Source: Lama glama (Eukaryota). Taken from it: 64,000 nt of DNA. The notes under the pieces were generated by a model. The model was not told where the DNA came from, did no database searches, and saw nothing but the letters and a program-made list of their open reading frames with translations. Location: contig CM052816.1 of assembly GCA_028534125.1 (NCBI GenBank), positions 47,432,001 through 47,496,000 on the forward strand, given 5' to 3'. Positions within the stretch are counted from its first letter, which is position 1; every line of letters begins with the position of its first letter. A program made the position numbers and the translations under genes. This document shows positions 1 through 11,580 of this stretch, piece after piece.

Positions 1-664
1 TCTCATCAAAGCAGTGTTTGTTCATTTGTAGAATCATTTAGCATGTATTGGACTATGGGGACCTGAGATGGAACTTTTCCCATTTAAGAAAATAGCCACT
101 CTGTATTTAGATTCCTGTAGGGGACACTTTAGGAGAGTGATGTTGTTATATCATGCCTACAAATACTTCATCTGGGTTTGGAGTCTCTGATGTATCTGCT
201 CATTCAAGATAGCGGCACTTAGCAATTCAACAAGATGTAAGTTGGCTAATAAACAAAGCCAGTATTCTCTGGGGGTTTGAACAACACTTCCTGTGTTTGA
301 CTGTGGCTGCCCCGGAGTTGTTTTAAGCCCAGCACTGCTGGTGATGTTTCCCTTGGTGCACTGAACAGCTCATGCCATGTCAAAGGGCGTTGACCTTTTC
401 ACTCGTAGAACAAAAAGACTGGAAACAAATTATGCTCTGAGAACTGGTCAAAGGATAACAAAAAGAAAGGGAGGGGGGAGAAGAAAAGAAGAAAAAGTGT
501 TTCCCCCACACCCCAAAACAAGTGACGGACACAAATTCTAAGCTTTAGAGCATTATCTTAGGAGTATTAGCTCTTTAACCAACTTTTCTTTAAAGTGCAA
601 CATGAGAATTTGCTTCAATTTACTCTGAAACCACCCACCTCCACCCTCTTGGCTCTCTTTGCAG

Positions 665-805
665 AACACGATGAACCAACTACTGTTGTCTCCAAACCCC
701 CCGCCCCCCTATCCAGCTGACTCTTCCAGTTTACGAGCTGTCCACCACGGAGCTGAGGCTGGGAGAGAGGATGACTCATCTGCAAGTTTCGCTCGTGGTC
801 TCTGA
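665..805 (+). CDS. Candidate terminal coding exon of an unidentified gene entering from the left (phase 0): NTMNQLLLSPNPPPPYPADSSSLRAVHHGAEAGREDDSSASFARGL*
   Basis: Strong acceptor ctcttggctctctttgcag| ending at 664; open frame with PPPPY motif; TGA at 803-805; same frame stays open to TAA TAA at 908-913; polyA signal ~190 nt further on. An alternative frame (HDEPTTVVSKPPAPLSS*) cannot be excluded. Confidence 0.5.
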   Translation, partial: NTMNQLLLSPNPPPPYPADSSSLRAVHHGAEAGREDDSSASFARGL

Positions 806-1083
806 GAGGAGATTCAGTGTGAAGAACTGGAGGATGCAGCATATCCAAACACATGCCAGGGGACAGAACTTGAGTGGGAGGAAGAGGACGGGGCAAAAAT
901 AGAACCGTAATAAGCCAATTCTTACTGGAGGCCTGGCATAGCCTTTTCAGCTGTGTAGCTTCAGCAACACCTACAGTTCCCCGCCAAGAACGGCACGCCA
1001 TCCTGACACAGTGGAAATGAGGCATCCCTAGTGGTTTCCGCCGGAAGGAAAAAAGAAAAACAGAATACAAAAGCCGTACTTAA

Positions 1084-1140
1084 TGTAAAAAGTAATCAAA
1101 AATAAAATAAACAAATGCTGCTGTGCTTCACTATTGTATC
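1084..1140 (+). terminator. Polyadenylation signal of the candidate terminal exon
   Basis: Overlapping AATAAA hexamers at 1101-1106 and 1106-1111, upstream TGTA at 1084, CA at 1129-1130 followed by T/GT-rich tattgtat. Confidence 0.5.
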
Positions 1141-2439
1141 ACGCTGATGGAAAAGTGATTTCTCCTTAGAACAGTGAAATCAGACAACACGTGGCCAGGA
1201 GCTCCTTGGGCAGATAGCTGTGCTGGGTGGGCTGGTCACAGTCCTTAAGAAATTGCTGAGATGGGATCTTCCACAGCAAACCCTTCCATAGCAAGCAAGC
1301 CCCAGTTGAATTTGACACAATTCCTAGGGAACACTTTCTTCTTTCTCCCAACTATTCAAGGTGGGCTATGGAGATGCAATTATGATCTTAGGTGTAGAGT
1401 GTTCATCAGTTCATCAGTTTCTGCCCCGAGTCAGCATTTGAAAACAGTGATCACAAAAATTAACCATCAGAGGTCCAGGTCCCAGTAAATTCCATAGTGT
1501 GATCTAAGTAGCTTTCTTTTGCTTAAACTAGAACTTCCCTCAGGGTCTTTAACTGAATTGTTGTCTTTCTTCTTTTCTTGCTTTGTGGCTCTTTGTTTAT
1601 TAGTGTATCCCTCTTTCTGTGGCTATTCCTCAATTTCTCATGCCTATCAATCTCTTTTTCTTCTATCTTCTTTTAATTCAGTCTTTCCTCACCTATTTCC
1701 CCCAATTTCATTTATTTTCCTTAACTGATCATGACATAGAACTAATGATTATGTTTATGTAACTTGTAAATCTCTGCAGAAAGTTTCTTATTTTCTCTTC
1801 TTTAATAATCTATAATCAGTAAAACCAATATTTTACATTGCTTTCTTAAAAAAATCTTAAGTCATTGTTTCTTTGTACGAAACCTTGATTTCTTTTTTTC
1901 TCTTAGTAACACTTGATAGAAAAAGGAAAATTTTCCTCAATGCTAATATAAAAGCAAAATGGATTGTAGGAGTAAAGCAGCTCAAGTTGTCCAATTAACC
2001 AGGAAAACTTGTTTCTAACCAGTTGCTTTGAAAGTGTTATTTCTTTGATTACTCCTCAAACTAACTCATGAATAGAGACAGTTTTTATTGACTTTATGGA
2101 CAAGGCTAGCAGGCTTCAGTAATTTTAATTGCAATTTCAATCATATTTTATAAATAGCTCTTGCATTGTTTCATTTTTCATATCTTGTTGGTCTAATGTA
2201 CAGCCAATTATCTTTAAGTGAAGTATTACCTGTAGTCTATAAATATATGGCCAAAAAAATCATCAATGTATCTGCCAACTAAGTAAATGTAAATTAAAAG
2301 AGTTAGGTACGTCCTCTTTTTTTTGCCCAATCAAGTAAGCAAGAAGGAAAAAATTATGCCTCCAATGCAATGGTTCTGTGAAATTCACAATTTCAGTTTA
2401 TACATTGCTAGCAGGAGTGCAAATTGGTTTCTCTCTTTT

Positions 2440-2453
2440 TATATATGTGTATG

Positions 2454-2528
<75 letters not shown>
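2440..2528. repeat. Compound (TA)n/(CA)n microsatellite
   Basis: Directly visible dinucleotide runs. Confidence 0.97.
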
Positions 2529-2530
<2 letters not shown>

Positions 2531-3404
2531 TACATATGCTATAAGAATACGTACATATCTTCTCTGTAAGAACACACTTTTGGAGGAACATTACCCCCAA
2601 AGTCTTGTAAGCTTTAAAATTTTGAAAGGTAGCATCATTAAATTACTTTGCAATCCAAGGGAAAAATTATATTTGAATATTTGCCCTCTCTTGATGATCA
2701 TTATTTATATTGTCATTGTAAAAAGCTGCTCCCCAATTCCACCAAGTAAAAAATACTGTTTTCTATGTATATTAAACATTTCTAAAGGCTATTCTTGCAG
2801 CCTTATTCCTACAAAAAAGAAAGAAAAGATGTTTTGCAAAGTCTAATATTAGAATAAAGAAAGGACAAAAAATGAAATGCAAACACAGAATTTTTATTCC
2901 TATTACAAAACTTAATTTTATTTCTAAAACTTCTACCTTTTCTCTTTGGGCAACATTTAATATCCGAGGCTTATACATAAATACAGACAAAAAACATACC
3001 TGAACAATTGTGATTATGAGTGTTATGTTAACAACTACTGCTGTTCTATCAAAACTGTGAACAGAGAATGGGTATTAATTAATGGGAGACATTACCAGGC
3101 GGGAAAAGTTGGGAGAGTATTCAATAAGCTGTCAAAACAGGAGCTGAATTCTATAGAACGGGTGTTCACATATCTGACAAAAATCGATCCTGAAACTTTG
3201 CTTTTCCATTTTGCTTAGAAACAACATTACCCAGGCTCTCACCTACTAATCTTTCAATAGCTTAGAATAATGGTGTTTATAGTGTGAAAATGAAATTTAT
3301 TTTAGTACCTTTGAGATCAACAAAGCCACTGTGAATTGTGGCACAAAAGGGAGATACAGGTGTGTATTTAGATCCCTGCTTGAAACTCTTACTTTTTCTT
3401 GTAG

Positions 3405-3491
3405 GATTAAAGACTTCAGAAAGATGGAGCATGGTTTGGGAAATAAGTTGTGTCAAATATTCCAGTCAAAGGCCATAGAAGTCTTCAGAAG
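3405..3491 (+). other. Possible 87-nt internal exon (coding or lncRNA)
   Basis: Acceptor cttactttttcttgtag|G, donor AAG|gtaaac, length divisible by 3, one open frame (IKDFRKMEHGLGNKLCQIFQSKAIEVFR). Confidence 0.25.
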
Positions 3492-3969
3492 GTAAACTGT
3501 TTTTTTAAATCATAATTTTGAATACATAAATTTTATTTTAATATGTGTGTTTAAAATTTCTCTGGGAAAAACAGATGGCACAGTGACATGAAAACCGTAA
3601 ATAAAAGGTCTGAGGTCAGTAAATTAGTCATAAGTATTTTCAATGAACATTGTGAGAGATTACTTTGAAGAGAAGGCAAAACATTTAAATAAACAAATAC
3701 CCTGATTTTCTAAACTGCTTGTCTCACAATGACATACAAGCTAAGAAGAACTCCTGTGTCATCTGGGACATCTGACACAGTGTTGGTGTTCCTGGCAAAG
3801 GCCCATGAAGGTCTATGATCTGATGGACACTCACAAATGTCTTTCTCTTCCTCTTGACTCCAAACTTGAAGTTCCAACATTAGATATTTTGTGATGCTGA
3901 AAGCTTTAACGATTACTTGTGAAAGGCTTGTCAAAACACTAGAACAGGCTATGATAGTAAATTTCAAAA

Positions 3970-4390
3970 GAGAAAATACAAATGACCAATAAGTCTATGA
4001 AATGCACACATTTCCAGCAAAAATCACTGTGCCCATATTTGCAACAATGAAAAATTTGAGTTCAGTCTAAATGTCCATTAATATGTTAAAGTGTGTTATA
4101 TACGTATCATGAACTACTCTGCTGCTGCTAGAATGAGATTTAGATTTTATTTATTGACACAGAAAAGTATCTATAACATAACTGAGTTAAAAAATCAGAT
4201 TGCATAAGAGCTTGAGTAAAATGATACCATTTCTGTAAAATGCATACCTATGCTTATAAATATCTATAAATGTGTATGTGTCTGGCTATCTCTGGATAAC
4301 TGGTCAACTGGGTGATGTGTGACTTTTTTTTTGGCCTTTTCTATACTGTTCAAAATTTTTAAATTATTCTACATCATTTTATCAAAACAA
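3970..4390 (+). mobile_element. Old L1 (L1ME-like) 3' fragment
   Basis: Degenerate L1 3'-end phrases: aaatgaccaataag, ctaaatgtccatta, atgaactactctgc, atgataccatttctgtaaa. Confidence 0.6.
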
Positions 4391-4509
4391 TGTATGCTAT
4401 TCAAAAATATATTAACATGCCTTTGAAAAATGAGTTAGCTGGTAAGTATCCTACATGGACCTGCTTAAAGCTCAACGGATCATTTTTGCATTTCTTGCTG
4501 GCCAAGCAG

Positions 4510-4945
4510 GCATCAGTGCACTATTAGGTCTTTGGATAAAAGAAACACTAAGAAAGAGTTCCCACCTTCGAGGTGCCCACAGTTTAGTGGATGAGACGTA
4601 CTTGTAAACAAATCATTATGAATCCATACAGTAAGGATGAATATGATGATGTAAAAATGCACGGAACAGAAAGGGTATTGAAGAAAGAATAACAACCTAT
4701 GACTGTGGGGTGAAAGTTGGAGGTTAAGAAACTTGGACAGAGGGTGGTGCCTTGGCAAATTTCCAGAAGAAAGGGAGGAAGGTTGTCCGGAAGATGGGGA
4801 GGCAGGCAGTGTGAGAGGGAGAAGGAGGAGAAGTGAGAACAGGACATGGAGGGCACTATGTTTTGGTGAAGATGCAGAGGTGAGAACCTGTGGGGCTCAG
4901 TGTAGCTAAAAATGAGGCTGGACGGGTAGGCTGGAGGGAAGACAC
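4510..4945 (-). mobile_element. LINE L2 fragment
   Basis: cccaccttcgaggtgcccacagtttagtggatgagac followed by purine-rich sequence typical of antisense L2. Confidence 0.6.
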
Positions 4946-6267
4946 ACAAAATGTTTCCCAGGGTTAGATGTTGGTTCTAAGTCCCTTTTAGGAGCTGATC
5001 TAATTACTGGAAACAGTTGTAATTTTAATCAATTATGTCAGGGTTTTACAATGTAGACTTTATGGGCATGGCCACATTTTATTGTGTTCTTTATGAACAG
5101 ACAGCTGATACCTGAATTCACCAGTTTAACTGGCTTTTCCACTGTCTTTGCTCCTGGTAGGTTTTGATTGATAAACTTAAGCTGGTAAAATAAACAGCAA
5201 CTGAGATCTACAACATTGTTCTTGTAGACACTCAGCTTTGCATGTCTGGTGGCTTTGCACACTGGCAAACTGTCATTTAGTTGGAGCAGTTATCAGCCAA
5301 GTCGGGCGGAGGAGACTGCAGCCTGAAAGCTGTCAATTTCTACATCAGTGGTCACCAAGACAAGCACTGCTGTCTGTACCATAATTCTTCATTATTAAGT
5401 AACAGATCCTTGTTCTTCTCATGCAGTGTTACTGCAACACATCAGAGTAAGGAGTTACTTAGAACTTCCACTCAATTGGGAATTAGAAGACTGCACTATA
5501 GTGGAGATACTTGACAATTATAAGTGGAAGAAAAATTAAGCTGATGTGCAACTAACTTCGGAAACTAATCAGCAGTAAAAAATGCTTTTGGACACAATTT
5601 CTCTCTGCATGAAGATGTGATTCAGCAGCTCTCTTTTCTAGGTCTATCAATGACTTTGAACTGTTTGGGACCTTTGACCAGGCTCCTTGGAGCAGGCCCT
5701 TGACAGGGATTGCTAATTGAGCCACCTGAAAGGGTGGTCCTGCAGCTCAAAGCTCCACTAGCCTACACTCGACACTTTGAAACCACTTTCATCTATGGGC
5801 TATGCAGAGGATTTCACACGCTGCTGTCCTATCCTAAGAGGGTGCTGGGAGGAACAGCTGATAGGACTGATTGCGAAGCACATGGCGACATGAAGTGCCA
5901 TGCAAATGCTACTTAACAATAATAATATTCTGAAGTCCCTAGAAGAGGGAGGCCAATACTGTACCTTAGAAATTTGAAGCAATACACAGCCAATTCAGCA
6001 ATTAAAAGTGTTTAAGATAAACTGTGCATTTTAATATTCACTGAGATGATTGTCATACACGTGCATATCAAGAATCATGAGGACTTTTCTTTTTAAAATA
6101 TAAAACCCAATGCATAAACAGAACACAATAATTAGCAGGCTGTTCAGCTCTTTGACTCTTAAACTTTAAATAGACAGTAAATTAGGTCATTTTATTTAGT
6201 TATTCCCAGAGGGAGCCATCTGGATTGGGAGTGAAGCTCGAGGTTTTGGCCCTAACTTGGTCTGACA

Positions 6268-6495
6268 GGGTAGTGTAGAGGTCAAACCCATAGCTTCCGA
6301 GTCAGGCAGCGTGGGTTCAGTTCTCCCTCCTGACCTGTTAGATGTGTGCCCTTGGGCGTGTCACATGGCCTTTCTGAGATGTATCTATTAAATGGAAGTG
6401 ATAGTAACTCCTACTTTATGGGGTTGTAATGAAGGAAAATACATTCAAAGCATTGACACAAAGCAAGTACTCTAGATGTGTTAGACACTATGATT
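6268..6495 (+). mobile_element. MIR SINE, apparently nested in an older MIR3-like copy (6206-6265 and 6660-6745)
   Basis: gagtcaggcagcgtgggttc...tgtgtgcccttgggcgtgtcac...aaatggaagtgatagtaactcctact matches MIR head and core. Confidence 0.75.
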
Positions 6496-6498
6496 CTT

Positions 6499-6646
6499 TT
6501 TTTTAATTGAAGTCTAGTCAGTTTACAATGTCATGTTAATTTATGGTGTACAGCATAGTGATTCAATTATACACACATATACACACACACATATACATAT
6601 ATATATATTCCTTTTCATATTCTTTTTCATTATAGACTATTACAAG
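6499..6646 (-). mobile_element. 5'-truncated cetartiodactyl/camelid-type L1 3' end with target-site duplication
   Basis: polyT then aattgaagtctagtcagtttacaatg...gtgtacagcatagtgattca; TSD atgattctt at 6490-6498 and 6647-6655. Confidence 0.88.
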
Positions 6647-7049
6647 ATGATTCTTGTTTTCAAGTTATATTCCCTTGGGCAAAGCTAAAATCATTTATCA
6701 TCTGTGAGTCCCACTTCTTTATAAAGTATGGAGACTAGACAGGAAGACAAAAGGTAATAAATGGATATTGACAAAGAAGTCCAGTGCCCACATCTGTTTG
6801 GTAAGCACGTCAAGCTGAAGCCCTTTTCTGGAGCTTCACAGACTCTGCCAACAGCATCTAGAAGGCTCAGAGAAACCCTTCCGTAAAGAACCTTGTATTT
6901 TTTGTTTAACCTAACATTTTAAACTTTGTTTAAACATGAAACACTTATGTTTTCTCAGAGCCCCTGCCATCATCTCTTAGAATTGTTTGAAATAAGCTTG
7001 ATTAGACATTTTCCATAGTCTTATTCTGGTCCATGAATGGCTCTTATAA

Positions 7050-8330
7050 AAAATTAAATTTTTTATTTGGATATAATTTCAAACTCTCAGGAAAAAAAAT
7101 ACAAGAACAGAAATAGTTCAAAGAGTACTGATAAAATTTTTGCCTAGGATTCACCTATGTGAACATTTGACAATTTGTTTTATCATTTGCTCTCTATCTA
7201 TCTGTCTATCCATCCAACCATCATCCATCTATGAATAATATTGTTTCTAGACTCATTTGAGGGTAAGTTATATACTATGTGGCTCTTTATCCCGAAATAC
7301 TTCAGTGTGTGTTTTCTACTATGGATAGCCCCTCACATATCCACAGTGCAATGATCAACATCAGTAATTTTAATATCGATACAGTACTTTGTTGTCCATT
7401 TTCCAAATAAAAAAAATTAATCTTATAATGTCCTTTATAGCATGTTTCCCTCCAGTACTGGATGTAGGTCAGATAATGCATTTAATTATCATGTCTCTTT
7501 AGTCTCCTTTAATCTATAACACTTCAGACTTTCATTGCCTTCAAAGACACTGATTTTGCCCTTCTTTTTAGAAAAGAATGTTTCTCAGTTTGGGTTTGTC
7601 TGATTATTTCTTCATGAAGCTCCAGACTCAGTTTACCCATTTTTTGCCAGAAGACTCCCCAAGTAATGTTGTGTTCTCAGGATACCACATCTGGAGGTTC
7701 ACAATATGCGTTTATTCTTCATTGGTGATAGTAATTTTGTTCATGTGGTCAAAGTGATACTGATTTCTCCATTGTATACCTGCTATTTTTTCCTCCCTAC
7801 TGTTAATAATCAGTCTGTGGGGACATAATTTAAGGCCATGTAAACATCTTGCCCCTCGTCAAAATTCCTGTCTAGATTTACCATCTATTGATAATTTTTC
7901 TCTGACCAATCTTTTCTATAATGGTTATAATTTTCCAGCTTCAGTCCTCTTTCCACATTTATGAGTTGGCAATTGACATTCAACCCTGAGCAAGAAAGAC
8001 TGCCTTTTTATTTATCTACTTATTAGTTAATTATTAATATGGACTCATGAATTCCTATTTTTCAACAGTATTAAAATTCCCTATTGTTCTTAATGATTTT
8101 AGTCAACAAATTGTCACAGATCTGGTCAAGGGAAGCCCCTTCAAAGAGACTTCTTTGATCTTCTGACATCACCCATCATTTTTTGACCCTTTCTGGCTTA
8201 AGAAAATGTTCCAGGCTCATCTTGCATGTTCTCTGCTCCTGCCCTGGAGTAAGCTACCTCTCTGAGGAGTTCTGATACTATAGAGAATTGGTATGCTCAT
8301 TGCTCTTGGGTGCCATTATTTCTTGGCTCT
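7050..8330 (-). mobile_element. L1MC4/L1MC5-like 3' region
   Basis: ttttatttggatataatttcaaactc...gagggtaagtt...aaatacttcagtgtgtgtttt...tgttccaggctcatcttg matches antisense L1MC 3' UTR. Confidence 0.8.
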
Positions 8331-8699
8331 ATGAAAGGATCTTCTTACTATCCAAACATCATGACATTAGACAGATGGATAGACACATAGATAATTTTTT
8401 GGCCAGTTCTAAAGTAAAAATCTGGCAATGGCATGACAGAAATTTAGTGGCCATCTTATCTGACTCTTAATTGATACAAGAATCTCAAACATAATGGATT
8501 TAATATCACCAAGTCTTGCAGAATTTTTTATTTGTATTTTAGTTCTTATGAGAAATACAGAAAATTTTTCCATTGCCTTCTTCTCTATTTACACATTCCA
8601 TTTTCCTCACTTTCCTTGGGCTATTAAGATGTCTTAGATTAGTGAGTACAAACTCTCAATATATTTTTTAGGACTTTGCACAAAAATAAATCAATTTGA

Positions 8700-9150
8700 T
8701 GCTGGCTAGCAATGACAAAAAATAAAATTTATTATAAATATAGAGGGATGTCCTGTGAAACAGAAGGGCAGCATCACTCTCAGGTATCCTGAAAGCCTGT
8801 GATCCAGAGATTGTTAGGATCCTCTCATTTCAGCTTCTTTTTGAGTGTGTGCTTCGTTTCTCTGTCTTTAACATTTAGCTTTCTCTGTTTCTACAAACAT
8901 GTCTCTCACAACCCCTGAATTTATAGGTTATGGTTTTTGCAACATGTAGAGATAATCTAACTAATAATCTCTAAATCCTAATTCCATAATTAGGATAGGA
9001 GGAGCTGACTGGTTGAACCTAGGTCAGGTGTTTACCCCTGAGCCAGTCAGCCATGGTCATGAATATCAGCATGGCTGGCATAGGACTTCTTTCTGTGCAT
9101 TGTAGAAAGCTGTTTTAAGATAAATCTGGAGTTCTTGTGAGTCGGGCAGA
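8700..9150 (-). mobile_element. MaLR LTR (MLT1J/K-like)
   Basis: ctgactggttgaacctaggtcaggtgtttacccctgagccagtcagccatgg resembles antisense old MLT1. Confidence 0.55.
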
Positions 9151-9721
9151 GTATCACAAAAAAGGGTTATACTATACTCACTTATATGTCATATTCAATA
9201 TGGACTCTTTATAAAAACATAAACTCAAGGAAGCATGCCAGGGTGAGGCTTCTCACTGGAAAGGGGAGACATGAGTACCCTCAGTATATGAAGACCTGGC
9301 CTCCCTTGACAAGGGTGCGGGAGGAGAAAGGGCAGTGGGGCATGTGAATAAGCTGTCAGAACCCTTTTCAGAATATCTATGTGGGTTGACAAGGGGAGGT
9401 GAATAATGAGGGGCCAATAAATTTTGTTTTGCTTTTCCCCCACTTACTATTGGTAAGACAAGGCATTTTGTAAACTTTATGTTGCTCAGTGTATTTTTAT
9501 CATAACCATTAGGACGATCTGGCATGTGGGCATCACTGACATTTTACTTACTAGTGACTCCTTTTGGGTCCCTTAGAGGGGTCAGCATCAGAGATGCCAG
9601 CTGTCAGAGGGATCGACCTTGTACACTGAGGCAGGTGGTTCCAGGAAGCATGGTCACCACTCACTCTATTGGAGAATTAGGTAGTAGCAGGAGATCTTAA
9701 GAGAATTTGTTTTTATGTGTA

Positions 9722-9920
9722 TAGCCCTTCAAATTATATAGAACCCTTTCATAATATTATTTTATTGGATTTTCATTCAAAACACCCAGTTGGTGAGATC
9801 TGACAACACTGGCTCTATCAACCCCGTTTTACAGCTGTGAAAACTGAAGCTACTAGCAGTGCCAAGTGCACAGAACAAGTAGTTGAACCACGATTCAAAT
9901 GCCAGTCCTAGGACTCCATT
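9722..9920 (-). mobile_element. MIR SINE
   Basis: ccccgttttacagctgtgaaaactgaagct...gattcaaatgccagtcctaggactcc (antisense MIR core). Confidence 0.75.
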
Positions 9921-11504
9921 GCACTTTGGCTAATCTCACAATACTCAAAAGTAACAAGCAATGGTTTAAATCCCGGCCTTGTGTTTGGTTAGAACAGGCC
10001 TGGTGCTGAGGTAGGGGGCTGGCTGACCACTGTGCAGCACAAAAACAAACAGGAGCATGCTGCATTTTTATTCTAGATGCCCAAGTAAAAGGACAACTCC
10101 CAGACTCACTCCATGGTGAAGACTCAGCCTTGCACCTGCAGATTTAAAAACAGAGTTTGGCCTTATAAGATCACATATCTATTATTTTTTATTTGTACAA
10201 AATGGATACTCCATTTTTCACTAAATCTGCTTTGAGATTTAGAAAATGTTAATCCACAACAACAACAACAAAAAAAAACCCAAAGTCGAATTTGATGAAA
10301 ACTCTGAACATGAATGCAAAAAAGAGCTTGAAATTATTGAGTAGATTTCAGCACGGAGCCTTTCCTAATGAGAAGACTACTTAGTGAACCCTGCATGAGA
10401 AAGAACAAGGTTGTAAAGATGCTCCAGGAAGGGTCCTCCTTACAGAATTTGTACCCTGGTTGTGTCACTCGCTTTTTCCTCTTGCTCAAATGCTCTGTTT
10501 CCCAGGCAGGGAAAAGCATCTTCTCTCCTTTGGATAGCTTTGGCACTCTCTCTTTTGTACAGGTTGTGTTTGTGGCAGGCACTTAGCAACCTGTTTTCCA
10601 CCCCCTGTTTTTCAACCACCACTATGTGCTTCCCACACTGATTTTGACTTTCATCTTGAAGCGTACCGGTACTGTTTGCTGGAATTTAAATGCTGGGTAG
10701 CTGGATGACAATCCCCAGAAAGATGTGCACCATTTCAAGCTTTTATGCCACAGCTTTGACATGTCACTGGTTGTCAGACGCAGACTGGTGTGACTTCTAG
10801 CTCAAAGTCCTTCAGTGTTTCACGTGGAAGGAAGCTGGAAAATGGTACCCGGGGAATTGTACTTTATGATTAAAATCCCTGCATCAACTTCCTTCATATC
10901 AAAAGAAAAGGGAAAAGAGACAGGTGCAATCTTACACAAACACACACTTAAAAAAAAAATCCAAAGGAAAGTCCTGCCAGCTGCCACGACATGTAAAATC
11001 CAAGTATCTGCCGGCAGTCTGTGAGACCGCAATTTTCAAAATGGGCCAGACCGCTCAAACACATTCAAATTGAGAGGTCATGTCTCCATCAAATGCAACT
11101 TACTTCTTGCTAGTTTAAGTCTAAGTGTTCACTTTGCTTTGGTGCATCCACCTTTTCTGGTGTTGTTAAGTGAGGCAAGAGACCTCTAGCAGTTCAGCGG
11201 CAGTGGGGTTGTGGGGGGGAGAAAAGTCTTTTTCAATGTCATGGCCGTATTTTAGTTAACATGTTGTCAGTCTTTAATGACTAGTGGTGTAACAGCTGGT
11301 TTTGATGTAATTTCTTTTGAGACCACTAGATTACAAGCAGTTTATTGCATTCTTCCTCTCAGACTGCTCCCTGGATACAACCTAAAGTCAAAAGGTTAAA
11401 GGTCTAAAGCCATAATCTCAAGGATTTGTCATCATTTAACAGGTCACTTGTTGCTATGTACTATGCAAACTGAAAAATTTGACTGAGCCTGCCATTCTAA
11501 TACT

Positions 11505-11580
11505 TATTTATGTACATATATATACATATATATATATACACACACACACATATATATATAAGTTTATATATGTATATATA
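11505..11580. repeat. (TA)n/(CA)n microsatellite
   Basis: Visible dinucleotide runs. Confidence 0.9.

Noticed and set aside
615..1070. 151-aa minus-strand ORF, the longest in the track
   Set aside because: Starts at a non-ATG codon, has no recognisable domain, and lies antisense to the better-supported plus-strand exon and UTR; probably a shadow ORF
803..1130. Selenocysteine reading of the in-frame TGA
   Set aside because: I see no canonical SECIS in the UTR: the ATGA at 1017 is not followed by an AA loop at the expected spacing. A SECISearch run would settle it.
2323..2846. Overlapping ORFs with YIYI/THTH runs
   Set aside because: Translations of the (TA)n(CA)n microsatellite
10346..10360. 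REST/NRSE-like TTCAGCACGGAG
   Set aside because: Lacks the spacer and the GGACAG right half of a canonical RE1
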